Part shown: positions 26,938 to 37,833 of the stretch, piece after piece
How the letters are laid out: each line of letters starts with the position of its first letter
Position numbering within the stretch: the first letter of the stretch is position 1
From: Perkinsus chesapeaki ATCC PRA-425
Lineage: Eukaryota; Protista; Perkinsozoa
Length of the DNA: 64,000 nt
Assembly (NCBI GenBank): GCA_013115145.1
Contig: JAAPAO010000126.1
Location: 1-64,000, forward strand
Reading direction: 5' to 3'
The notes under the pieces: generated by a model
Seen by the model: only the letters and a program-made list of their open reading frames with translations
Databases searched by the model: none
What the model was told of the DNA's origin: nothing
Position numbers and translations under genes: made by a program

Positions 26938-28038
26938 CTACTCCTTCGCCTCTGCTGCCTTCAAGCTGTCCAATAGCACCTAATAACACAAATTCTGTCC
27001 CCATTTTGTCACCCACTCCCCCATACCATGCGGCGCTCAAACAATGCTCTCGCCCTTCTATCAGCAATATCCTGGGCCAACAAAGCACTCTAAAACATCA
27101 GCACCACCTCTCAAACCTCTCCGGCCCTCCACCACCTACATTAGTAGCATCAGCCTGCTCCTTTATGATATCCTGTCTGCACTGGTCAAAGGCCTTAAAC
27201 TCACCATCACATTCCGAGTCGACAGCAGGCGAGGCGAAGTTCGTGGACAGGCATCGGAAAAACGTCATACCTATCAGAAGAGCTCAAATACCTTAGACCA
27301 TCAGACTCCTCCTCTTCCTCCGGACCCACCAGTAGGACGACACTTGTGATCATTATCCGTAGCACTGTCGAACATCCTAGTATAGAGATCAGCCTTGCGC
27401 TGTTTGCCGTCGACGGATAAATCCTCCCCGGCCAAAGAAGGACGACCGGTGACTATATCCGACCACATAACCTACTGACCACTCCCCAACAGCGACGACC
27501 AGCCTTCGAGCCTCACCTTCTCCCTGACAGGAATGTCCTCCGGGGTGTTATTGCTGAGTCCAGTGAAGTTGTTGTCGTCAAGCTCCTTCTTGATAGCCAA
27601 TGATCGCTCCATACGGAAGCGACGAGTAAGGAACCATTCCTAAACAGAATCACGCGAAGGAGCGGTATATACCACAACAACAACTGCAATTAGAAGGGGA
27701 CGAAGGTCTGAACGCATCAGCATCAATCCGATGCTGCTTCGAGGTAGTAACCCTCCCTCTCAACGCTGCGCATTCAACCCGTATGGTTAAAAATTAAAGC
27801 CGTCGGAGAGGTAACGCCACAGGAGTGATAGGGAAGCAATGGTTGTTCCGTTCCATAATATAAAGCTCCGACAGCAGCAGTGGTAGCAGCGGCAGGCGCT
27901 CTTCTATATCATCTCCCTACTACCTTGAGATCCCTTTCAATACCATTTAACTCCGAGGTGACATACGCCTGATACTTCTCAGTCTGTGTGGGGACATGGT
28001 TAGTGGGACCAGCAGTAGCAGCAGCGGTGGCAGGCATG
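26938..28038 (-). CDS. ATPTG7: Mitochondrial ATP synthase accessory subunit, ATPTG7-like (CHCH twin CX9C protein)
   Basis: Spliced product SELNGIERDLK|EWFLTRRFRMER...NNFTGLS...K|VMWSDIVTGRP...KADLYTRMF...CRPT|GMTFFRC...CDGEFKAFDQC...ADRRARALFERRM|VLLD. It has two CX9C motifs and closely parallels Toxoplasma ATPTG7 as I recall it; not database-checked. Confidence 0.75.
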
Positions 28039-28149
28039 ACTCTTAGAAGAAAACTTACAGCAATAGTGCTTCTAAAAAATAATAAGACACCAATGCCCCC
28101 TCCAACACAAGTCCGCGAACCAGCTGCACCACTAAGTCATTTATATCAT

Positions 28150-31128
28150 GACATGGTTTTATCTTCCACACAGAGCCATCTCCTAACATCCATCATACCA
28201 GCACCGCCCCCACCAAACCCTAATACCTCTTCTGTCTGCACCGTCCCCTTCGGTAGAAAGTCATATAGTTCCGCACCGTACTCGGCCAGGAGCCTCTTGC
28301 GCTCTTCAGCAATGACCTGCAAGGGAATACAATTAACAACCAGTTGGAGCCAACTCAGATGAGCACCTTCTCCCGAACCTCATCAAACTTGAGCAGCTCC
28401 TCGTACTCCTTCCGCTCCTTCTCCCTCTCCGCATCAAACTGCCTCTTCCTCTCTTCGACCAACCTACCATCACAATCTACCGTCACTGCGCCACAGAATT
28501 CCCATACCGGTCAACCTCTCGCTTGTGCTCCAACACCTTCATCCTTCTCCGCTGGGCATTCATCTGCTCAATCTTAGCATCCTAAGCCATCACCATCCCG
28601 CCAGCCACATCCCTTCTCTCCTACATTAGCGAACTTAGCCATCAACTGCTCCCTAAAGCGGGCCTCCTGCGCCTCCTCTTCCTGCCTTCTTTTCTAAACT
28701 TGCAAATCCCTCTGTAACCCAATCCCCACAACTTCACCTCTTTCATCTCCATTTGATACTCATAAGCTGCCAACATGTCCTCTCGGTCCTTCGCCCTCTT
28801 AGCAGCTTCAGCCTAATAACCACCACAGCAAAGACTAAAAGCAGCACTTAGCCACCAATACATAACAACTCTAAGAAATGGAATACAAAGCAAATATGAA
28901 ATCCACAGATCCAGTTTGCTTCTCTAGGAGATGTTAACAAGCATCCACCAATGATGCTCAGCTGCCGCCAGTGATCCCCTCTTACCTTCTCTCTTTCCCT
29001 GCTCTTCTTTTCCAATTCCTCCCAAAATAACTCATTCCTATAGTACTCCAATTCAGCATCTTTAGATGCCTTTGCCGCTTGTTCGGCTACACCACCAAAT
29101 CCCCCAACTCCCCCCTACAAGAGCAGCATCAGCAACCCTACCCATCATCTTATCCAATATCCGCTTCTTCTCCTTCTCCTTAGCTGCCTTCTCGGCATCC
29201 AACCTACCAACGCCGCCGCTCCTACCCCACAGCCTGACCTCTACTCCTACCGCTCTTCCATCTCCCTCTTAGCTCTCGCATAGGCCTCAATCCTTGCCTC
29301 TTCCTCCCTGTCAGCCGCCTGCTGCTGCCGTCGCATCCTACCATCCAGCGTGACTCTCGTCCCCAGCCGCCATCAGCAATCACCTCGCTGCCTCCTCGGC
29401 GAACTCCTTCAGCTGTTTCTGCGTATCTAGCTGTTGCTGCCTCCTCCTTTCCATAGCGTCCATCTCCTCCTGATTAAACAAAGGAGTGGTAGACAGTAAC
29501 TTCTTCAGCTCTAGTAGCCCGATATCAGTAAGATGCTATTGTGCACCCCTAACGAAATGCGCTCTTGCCGAATTTGCCGAACTTAGAGTCACCGATACTA
29601 TTACATTTCACTTCAAGAGCCCTTTACATTTCGCCATACATAGCTTAACGTTATATACTATATCTAAGCTATCATATATGATATTATATAAAATGCTTTT
29701 ATAGAAATTATCCCACCACATTAACAGACTTGATTATTACGAATTGAGTAACAAGTCCATAAATATTGTATCCACGTAATATCAGTACAAACACCCCAGT
29801 GATGCTAACCAAAGTCTTACCTTCTGAATCCGCCTCACTACAGCGTCCACCTGAGCCTTCTCTCTAAGATGCTCCTTCAATGCCTTTGACACCAACGACA
29901 CTGTTTGTTGAACAAAGGAAAATGCGTTACAATTTCACGCTGGAGTTCCTTTTCTTCGATCTGCTTCTGCTGCAGGTTCTTGGCATACTCTCTCTTCTCT
30001 TGCTACAAAAATACCCAATAATCCTAGCGGAGCGATGCACATACCATGCCTACCACAGTGTACTCCTTCAGCTGCTCCTTCTCCAAATCTCTCAAACGTT
30101 CTGATTCAGCCATTACCTCCTGCTCTCCGCGACATCCCTACCGATTTCCAGCTGGGTCTCCAACTGTTCCTCCAATCGACGTTGCTCCTGCGCCCTATAC
30201 TCCATATCCAACAACTGTGCTGCCCTCTCCCTATTGACCTACCCTTCCCTTATAAGCAATAACACCCCCTATTCCCATCCCCCCACCTTAGCCAGCTCTA
30301 TCCTTGCCCTCAATTGCTTCAGTTCATCGCTTTCCTCGCATATCCTCCTTCTAAGCTGATCCTCCCTAACAGCCCTGGCCTGTCTTGCCTCCAGCTCTGC
30401 AGCTGCTGCCTCCTCCATAGCCATTATCTACACCCCTCCTCCTCATCATCAACAACCACAGTGTAGTTAATACCGTCTTCTTAGTCTCCTTATGAGTGGT
30501 CTCTGCTAAATATTCAGCATCAGCTGTTCTCTCCCTTGCTATCTCATCCTGCCTGAGCGACACCACTAGCTTACCCCACATGACAGCTCCTTACTCTCTT
30601 TTCCATCGCTTCAACTCCACTCTCTTATCGCTCTTACTATGCCCACCTACGACACAATAAAGGAGACAGCAGCAGCAGCAGCAGCAGCTGCGCAATAACC
30701 TTACCAAGTATAAGCTGATCCTTGAGCATCTTTCCCAAAGATTCATTCCTAGCTTCAACCTCCCGAAACTTCGCCAACTCCCTCTCTCTATACCGTCTTA
30801 GCTGTGCCATATAACCTATCCCACCAACTCTCCTCCCCCCTGTAATAATAACACAACAGCGATAGCCAACTCCTTGAAAGTGCTGATATTAACGATGATC
30901 TACAAACCCTCGAAACTACTAACTACACTTTCATATTCAGATAAGGTGAAAAATCATCAACCACCACCGCCACTGCTGCCGAAGCCGTATTGTTCGTCGG
31001 CGTCGGCAGTGGTGGTCTACACCACACCACAGTTCAGCATCATCGTTTATCGAATAACCGTCGCCTCAACCCTCCACACTTTTACCGCCACCACTACCAC
31101 CGGAAGCATACTGTTGTAGTCTCATAAC
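28150..31128 (-). CDS. MNS1: MNS1-like (trichohyalin-plectin-homology domain) axonemal coiled-coil protein; ends approximate
   Basis: EESDELKQLRARIELA|VNRERAAQLLDME and C-terminal IAEERKRLLAEYGAELYDFLPKG match MNS1 hallmarks. E/R/K/Q-rich exons throughout. Confidence 0.75.
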
Positions 31129-32116
31129 ATCCTTCCATGCCCCCCGGAACATTATTAGCAATAAAAAAGCTTATCAACACCGAAAGATAACCTGTATCTA
31201 GTGGCTCATAATCCAACTGCCATAAAACAATCTTTATTCACATTAATCTCGTTATTGGGGTATAAGGTAATACAATAATACCAAGGGACCAGTCTATTAT
31301 ATACATAAACAGTTAATAAAGGTAGTACTGGTGTTGCGGACATATACAAGGCAGTAGTGGTAGTAGCAGTGGATAGTACGGTGATACAGTAAGGGAAGAA
31401 GGACTGGTAAGAACGAGAACTAATGAGAAGGCAATAATGAAACAGACTGAGACTACTACCATGGCGTGGTTTACCTTCCACCTAGCAACCGCCATGGTTC
31501 ATCTTCTTGTTCTTGTTGTTGTAGTAGTAGTGTTGTTGTATATACAAAATTTAATAGAGCTTGAGGAGGAGGAGGAGGATAACAGGGAGAATGATATGTA
31601 ATGTACAAAGTGATAATAACATCATCACCATCCTACTCGAACACTATGATCCAAACATTAATATGACATAATCAACAACAACAACCGCCGCCGCCAACGT
31701 GGGCGAGAGTGATGATGATGATGACGCTACAACCAGTGAGGCAGTTGCCTATAGTAATAAGAAGACAAAGAGGAGAAGACAAAGAGCAAGGAGAATGATT
31801 AACGAACGGCACCAACAACTACTACTGCTTCAGTAGAAGCTGTCGTAGGAGCTGCTGCTAGATAATGAAATATAATAATGTATTGCGAATCTTGTCAACG
31901 ATGATATTGTTCTTGACGATAAAAAAGGCCTTCAGCTTGGGCCACAATGTCATACACATAAAAACATCACTGGCGGCCATGGCGACAAGCGACGCCAATC
32001 ACAGCAATCAGTGAGTCAAAGCAGCAGCAGCCCATCGATTAGGCCTGTGTGCAGACCAAAGACCTATACCTGATTAACATGCATAAGACGACATAACATT
32101 ACTGCCTCCTTTAATC

Positions 32117-33085
32117 CTACCCATGCTTAGCCTTAGCCTTACCAACAACATTACTAGACTGCTCTTGCTTTTGCATGCCTTGTCTAGCTTTCAACATTGC
32201 CCTTCTGGCAGCACATACCTCCGAATACTGATCTATACTGGCAAGATCACCAGCTTCAGCAATCGAGTAATCATCAACACCACCATTATCACCATTTAAC
32301 AACAACTCCGGGAGAGAGTGCAATAAATAAGTCTGAAAGATACATTCCGCTCTCTATCGACTCCCCCTCTCTACTACTACCAGCTCTCTCTCCAGCTCCA
32401 ATGTAGTTGGAACTTCCTTCAACAAGCAGGTCTTAACGGAAACGTTAGGATAGAGCATGCGAAGAGTTTTCGCTGGCTCCACATCCCCTCTCATATTACC
32501 AATTAAAAGAATCTACCACAGTTCCATATACCACAACAGCGACCCCCAATTCACCTGTGTTTCCACTGCATTGCCTGCTCCACTCGCCACATTACGGCAA
32601 AAGTCATTGCCCAACTTCACAATTGTCGGGCACTTTTGTCTAATGTATTGTCATCACCCACAAGTCCCATACTCACAACACCTTACTTCAGGCCTAGCTG
32701 GCGAGTCTCCTTAGGAGTATGAACTATTTGGGCCCGTTCTATTAGGGGGCGTAGTTCAGGGAAAAAGTTGTTGCAGCTCTGTCGAACCCATCCTTCGGTG
32801 CTAGAGCTCAGTATAATTAATCCATTATCGGACGACAGGCTTAAAAGTAATTCAATTACAGTAGCAGCAACACTTACGTATCGCTGAGAGAGAGTAACCT
32901 ACAACCAACTCATACCAACTTTCCGACAAATCACAATCGCGTACCTTCCCACCGTGGCGGGCAATGTCCTTTGTTGGCAGGATTGTATCGTCCCAGTCTA
33001 GGATCGTAAGAAGACGATGGCTGTTGGCACTGTTGCCGGCCGGTCCACCGTAAGCAGCTGAGAAATCATTTGTTGGAGTCTCCAT
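32117..33085 (-). CDS. HAD-superfamily-like protein (DWDDT family)
   Basis: LLTILDWDDTILPT is a HAD motif I variant. Later exon SVKTCLLKEVPT; last exon in ORF 32117-32323. Confidence 0.6.
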
Positions 33086-33327
33086 ACCAGAGAGGAGGAT
33101 GTCAAAAAACCTTTAATAAGATATAATAAACCAACAACGACACAGTAGCTAGCGAAAAGCCAGCGGGAAGCTAGCGTAGGCTAACGAGCCATGGAGCAAT
33201 ACTATATACACCGAAGAGCCAGGGGGTAAGGAAGGAGCAATATCATGCAAGCAATTCCATCATAGATTGCGGGCTCGCTACGCAATGAGTAATTACGTCA
33301 CAGCGGTGGTGAGGTAGCATTATCAGC

Positions 33328-33358
33328 GACCCGGGTTCGATCCCGGGTGAGGGCATTT
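33328..33358 (+). repeat. tRNA 3'-end-like/B-box fragment, copy B
   Basis: GACCCGGGTTCGATCCCGGGTGAGGGCATTT; the last 25 nt are 24/25 identical to 46975-46999. No matching 5' acceptor strand or D-arm upstream. Confidence 0.7.
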
Positions 33359-33463
33359 ATCAAACATAGCAATTCCACATTATCTTTCTCCTGTATGCGT
33401 CAACTGAAAGGTGCGCACACGTGGATTTAGAGAACCGCTTTGAAAGAAGCGATGAAGCGGCAT

Positions 33464-33838
33464 AATGGCAGGCAGGAAAGAGCTCAACGAGTTTGCCCAA
33501 CCCATCCGAAACTTGTCATTATGCGCTTAGTGAACGCATGTGCACGAACACACGCGTACGGAGACAGAGTCTATCCTTTTTTACAGGACACTTGCATCTT
33601 CCTTTCCAGAGCACCAGGACCGTAAGCTATATAGGGAGGACAGGCTTTTATAAGAAGAAGATCAAGATTAAAAGAAGAAGCCTTCTTGAAGTTACACTGA
33701 GAGGAATAATGTGAGCTATAGACTTTAGCCTATAGTCTTTCAGCTGCTTTCGATATCCCATGAACTGGCAGTACACACCACGGTGACATTCGCGACGCGA
33801 TATGGGTCGACGCCGCAGCAGCAGATCTCCCACGCTTA
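33464..33838 (+). CDS. Possible small multi-exon gene
   Basis: MAGRKELNEFAQPIRNL|TLASSFPEHQD... with plausible GT-AG sites. The model is not unique. Confidence 0.25.
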
Positions 33839-35309
33839 ACCTATTATATTATTGGCAATTACAACACAACAGAGATACATTAAGGATTTCATCATATTAC
33901 TAGGAGACTTAAAGGGCAATGAAGTAGCATTGTCACGACCAGTAGAATAACATGGAAACAATGCTACCACCACCGTATAAGAAACCTTAACAACAACATC
34001 GTGATAACGTTACGAAACAGGAAACTCTGAACATTCGTACAATGTTGAAACAGAGCACACGATGTTTGACCATATCATTGCATACATCAACATTGCCAAC
34101 AACAACACTTAGAAACACATCAATAAAGCGGTAAATACATAACCACTTGAATGAACCTTAGAGCACTTATATGGCTTGGATGTCGATAACATATTATTAT
34201 TATCGGCTTCGAAAGCCACATATCACACCACCGACGATAGTAGCAAAGGTCATTAAAGCAGAGTCGCATCAACGATTAACAGCGACAATAGCTTATAGCA
34301 TTACAACAGACATGTAGTAGTACAGGAAGGCGGATAACATTCTAGAACATAATAGAACTAGACCTTTACAGTATATAATAACCCGTATCACAGTAGCAGG
34401 AGAAAATTAAAGCACATTAATGGATGCCAACATAGAGAGCACTTTTACATCACTCCGCAATGGTACAGCCATTCTACAGTACAATACCCGCTATGTGAAG
34501 GGAAATACATGGCTGTTAAGAAAGCTTCGTTTATAAGAAGCGGAAAGGAAAATCACAAGTGAGCATTACTGCTCATAACCGTCTGCTATAATCGATAATC
34601 AAAATACAACGATACAGCGACAAGACTAACAACTGTTGCTGATGCCAACATCAGAACTGGCAAAGTTACACAGCCGATGACAACAGGTTTCGTTATCACC
34701 GAATTTGGCAGAACTTAGCCGCGCATGCGAAGGCAAGAACAACAGTAACCACGGAATTGGCCGCAACCAGATACCATAAGTTGTTTAGACAAATAGATGA
34801 AGCATAGAAATAAAGTGAACGATGAAAGGTATATCACAAGCTACTATCATTTACGTAGCCTTTATGGACAGCACATCACCAACAATGATATCACAACCTA
34901 CAGCGAAGGGCAAATGCCGCAACACTGTAGCGGAGGCGATTTACATGAGGATGATGTTTCCGACAGCAACCATGGATAATGACAAGGAACGACTAAAGAC
35001 CATATTGTATATAAGACCATATACTCTTAATGAGTAGTAATTGTATGAATAGATAATAAGATAGTAAACTATTTCTTCTTGCTACAGCTTTTGTTATAGA
35101 ATTACGATTACAAACTCATTTGAGCACTCATAGGCGATGATGCCAATACGCTGTTACTATTGCAAGTGATAGTAGTACACAGCAATAACGATACGACATC
35201 CTCAAGAGGGTAAAAAGCATCGCAAAGCAGCATAGTACTCGCCTCCAGTGGTGGCGCACCGCAACAGAAACAGCAATATGTACACCGCTATAGTAGGAAA
35301 AACAACACC

Positions 35310-36938
35310 TCACGCCTGGGCCTCTAGATCATCAACAGGAGACTTAGAGTTCATCACGACATCCGACTTTGATGATTCGCCATCAAAGTCGTATGAGTCA
35401 CTTTCCTTATTCTTCGACGACTCTTTGTCGGCAACAGCCATGTTGGCCGCTGCAACCCTGTTGAAGTAGGGAATGAGAGCCAGACTACCGATGGCACCGA
35501 GAACACAGAAACCTATGAGAACCATATAGTAGTAATCGTAATGTGATCCGCCCCAAGTAGAAGGATCTTCGGGCTTGAAATCGGGTAACCAGGGAGAGCA
35601 TACTTGGAATAAAACGGCCGAAAGCATAGAACCAAAGGAGAAGAATAGCAAGTTCAAACCAGAAGCACAGGCCTTCAACTGCCCAGGGGAATAGGTGAAT
35701 GCAACCTCGTAAGAAGTAGCAAATAGGAAACATTCTCCCAGAGCAATTAGCCAGAACTGAGGAACCTGCCACCATGCCGAAACCGAGAACATAGGCTTGG
35801 CCATAACAACATACTCCAACCCCATAGCACAAAGGAGAGAGCAAGCGCCCGCAATGCAACCCATACAGAATCTTGCCAACACTGACGGGAACATGTTCTT
35901 CCTTTGGAGATAGGGGAATATGACTTGATCCAAGATCAGCGAGTTAATGATAACCGCGAAAGGATCAACGTTCTGGAACATAGCTGCCGGCATATCCCAA
36001 CCGAAGGTGTCTGTATCCATCTTAGTAGCCTGCGTCAGGTAAGCTGTCGTCATTTGGGTATACACCATTTGGAATGGTATCACAATGGTGAACATAGGAA
36101 CCAAACGTAGCAAGCACTTAGTATCTTCGATGAAGGAGTCATCGAACTTTCCACCTTTAGATTTCTTGCATTTCTCGAATGATAATTTAGTGCATGCTAC
36201 ACCGATCACCTCCACCACTTGCAACACTGCTGAACCTTGCGGCTTTGGCTTAACGTAACGACCAAGCAAACCACCAGTAAGGAACACCACACAGGCACAC
36301 AGGAACACAATCGTAATAAATAAGAAGGCCACAAAGAAGGAGCATTCTTGGACAAGGATGGGAGAGACTATACCACCAATGATGCTACCTACATTGATAG
36401 TAGCATAAAAGTAGGTGTAATACCTTGTGATAAGGTCTTTATGATGCTCCGGATGGAACTGTTGAGCGCCCATAATGTTGACACAGCTTTTAATACCACC
36501 AGCACCAAGTGCAATCAGGAAAAGTAATGCCACATCAATCATCCATTGTTCAGAAATAGACTCGATAGCTGATAACGTTAATAGAATCAACCCGCAGGCA
36601 TAGATCAGAGAGAACACTACGATAGTAACGTATAGACCCAGTACTGTATCAGACAGAGCTGCTGACACTAAAGGGGTCAAATAAATAATCGAGTTGAAAA
36701 TAGAAATGTACGAGTTGGCGCCGCTATCATCCATCCCAGCAAACTCCTTCAGAAAGGTCTGCAAGTTGGGTGTTAGACCATAGTATGCTAACCGTTCACA
36801 AAGCTCTTGACCAAGAATAAAAACGACCGAACGTAAGAAAGGATGCTCGTAGTAATGATAGGTATTGCCAGAAGCATCGGTCCATGCTAAGGGCTTGCTG
36901 CTTTGAACTTCACTGGCTGCCGAGAAAATCCGGGGCAT
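35310..36938 (-). CDS. Proton-dependent oligopeptide transporter (POT/PTR family, MFS), intronless, 542 aa
   Basis: ELCERLAYYG (ExxER motif), LSDTVLG, ALGAGGIKSCVNIMGAQQF, YFYATINVGS, VPQFWLIALGECF; about 12 hydrophobic segments. Confidence 0.95.
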   Translation of the reverse strand: MPRIFSAASEVQSSKPLAWTDASGNTYHYYEHPFLRSVVFILGQELCERLAYYGLTPNLQTFLKEFAGMDDSGANSYISIFNSIIYLTPLVSAALSDTVLGLYVTIVVFSLIYACGLILLTLSAIESISEQWMIDVALLFLIALGAGGIKSCVNIMGAQQFHPEHHKDLITRYYTYFYATINVGSIIGGIVSPILVQECSFFVAFLFITIVFLCACVVFLTGGLLGRYVKPKPQGSAVLQVVEVIGVACTKLSFEKCKKSKGGKFDDSFIEDTKCLLRLVPMFTIVIPFQMVYTQMTTAYLTQATKMDTDTFGWDMPAAMFQNVDPFAVIINSLILDQVIFPYLQRKNMFPSVLARFCMGCIAGACSLLCAMGLEYVVMAKPMFSVSAWWQVPQFWLIALGECFLFATSYEVAFTYSPGQLKACASGLNLLFFSFGSMLSAVLFQVCSPWLPDFKPEDPSTWGGSHYDYYYMVLIGFCVLGAIGSLALIPYFNRVAAANMAVADKESSKNKESDSYDFDGESSKSDVVMNSKSPVDDLEAQA

Positions 36939-37833
36939 TTAACAACAAGAAACAGAGTAACTTAATAAAATTAAAGTGACATGAAATCTCTAAGGTCCAC
37001 ACTACACTATAGCTCTAGCCTAGACACATCACGCTTTAGTGTTCCTCAAATGGTCTCCCCAAAGCTAGTAATTCCATCTTGGCTGCCAGCGCACTAACGA
37101 CATAATTTCTTCCCTCTCAGCATTTTCTCATTCCACTGTGCACTAGTGTAGCAAAGCTGAATGAGAAACCAAATCAAACCTGCGTAGTTATATATAATAC
37201 GAAGGAACGTGACCTACGCTAGCTGCATCAGAAATCACAGGTGAAGATTTCGAACGGAAAATGCGCGCGCCATTGTAATCGATTTAGAGAAAAACTCGCA
37301 AATCAATATTTTTGCTCTATTGGGGCCGGCCCTTCATCACTAGCACTAGTAACTCAGTAGACCTCTTCTCTTGGCATTCTTCGCACTTTCTAGAACCCCA
37401 GTTAACAAAATACTTGAGGAAGAGTATCCAAACACATCCGGTGTAGCGAAATGTACGAGTGGATCAATTCACATATAATAAAGGATATTCTCAATAACGC
37501 ACTTATTGCACTTTAACCCCCTACCCCGAATGAGCTAGAGGTGTGCCAATATGTTGGAAATGCTGCTGTCAACTATAACACAATACGGTACAGAATGAAT
37601 GGGTAGCGATAAATGGAATATATAATGTAGGAACGTAGGAAAGGGATAACCTTAAGTTCTTAATTCAATATTAAGTACGAGTACGAGTATTAAGATATGC
37701 CTTCGGGGCTAGTGACGCAACAGAGTAGGAGGCCAATACCACCACAGCAACAACACAACCAGCAGAATATTGCGTAGTTGTGCAGTAACAGCAATAGCAT
37801 CAGCGATGGCGACCTGTCCCGTAGAATATACAG

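Noticed and set aside
31130-32100. Additional gene between MNS1 and the HAD-like gene
   Set aside because: Mostly trinucleotide-rich low-complexity sequence with stops in all frames; no consistent exon chain found.
33270-33356. Complete tRNA gene
   Set aside because: Only the T-arm and acceptor 3' strand are present. There is no GCCCTCA-like 5' strand, A-box/D-arm or anticodon arm, and no permuted 5' half downstream.
37074-37084. Spliced-leader relic CCATCTTGGCT near the POT gene
   Set aside because: It is on the plus strand while both flanking genes are on the minus strand.
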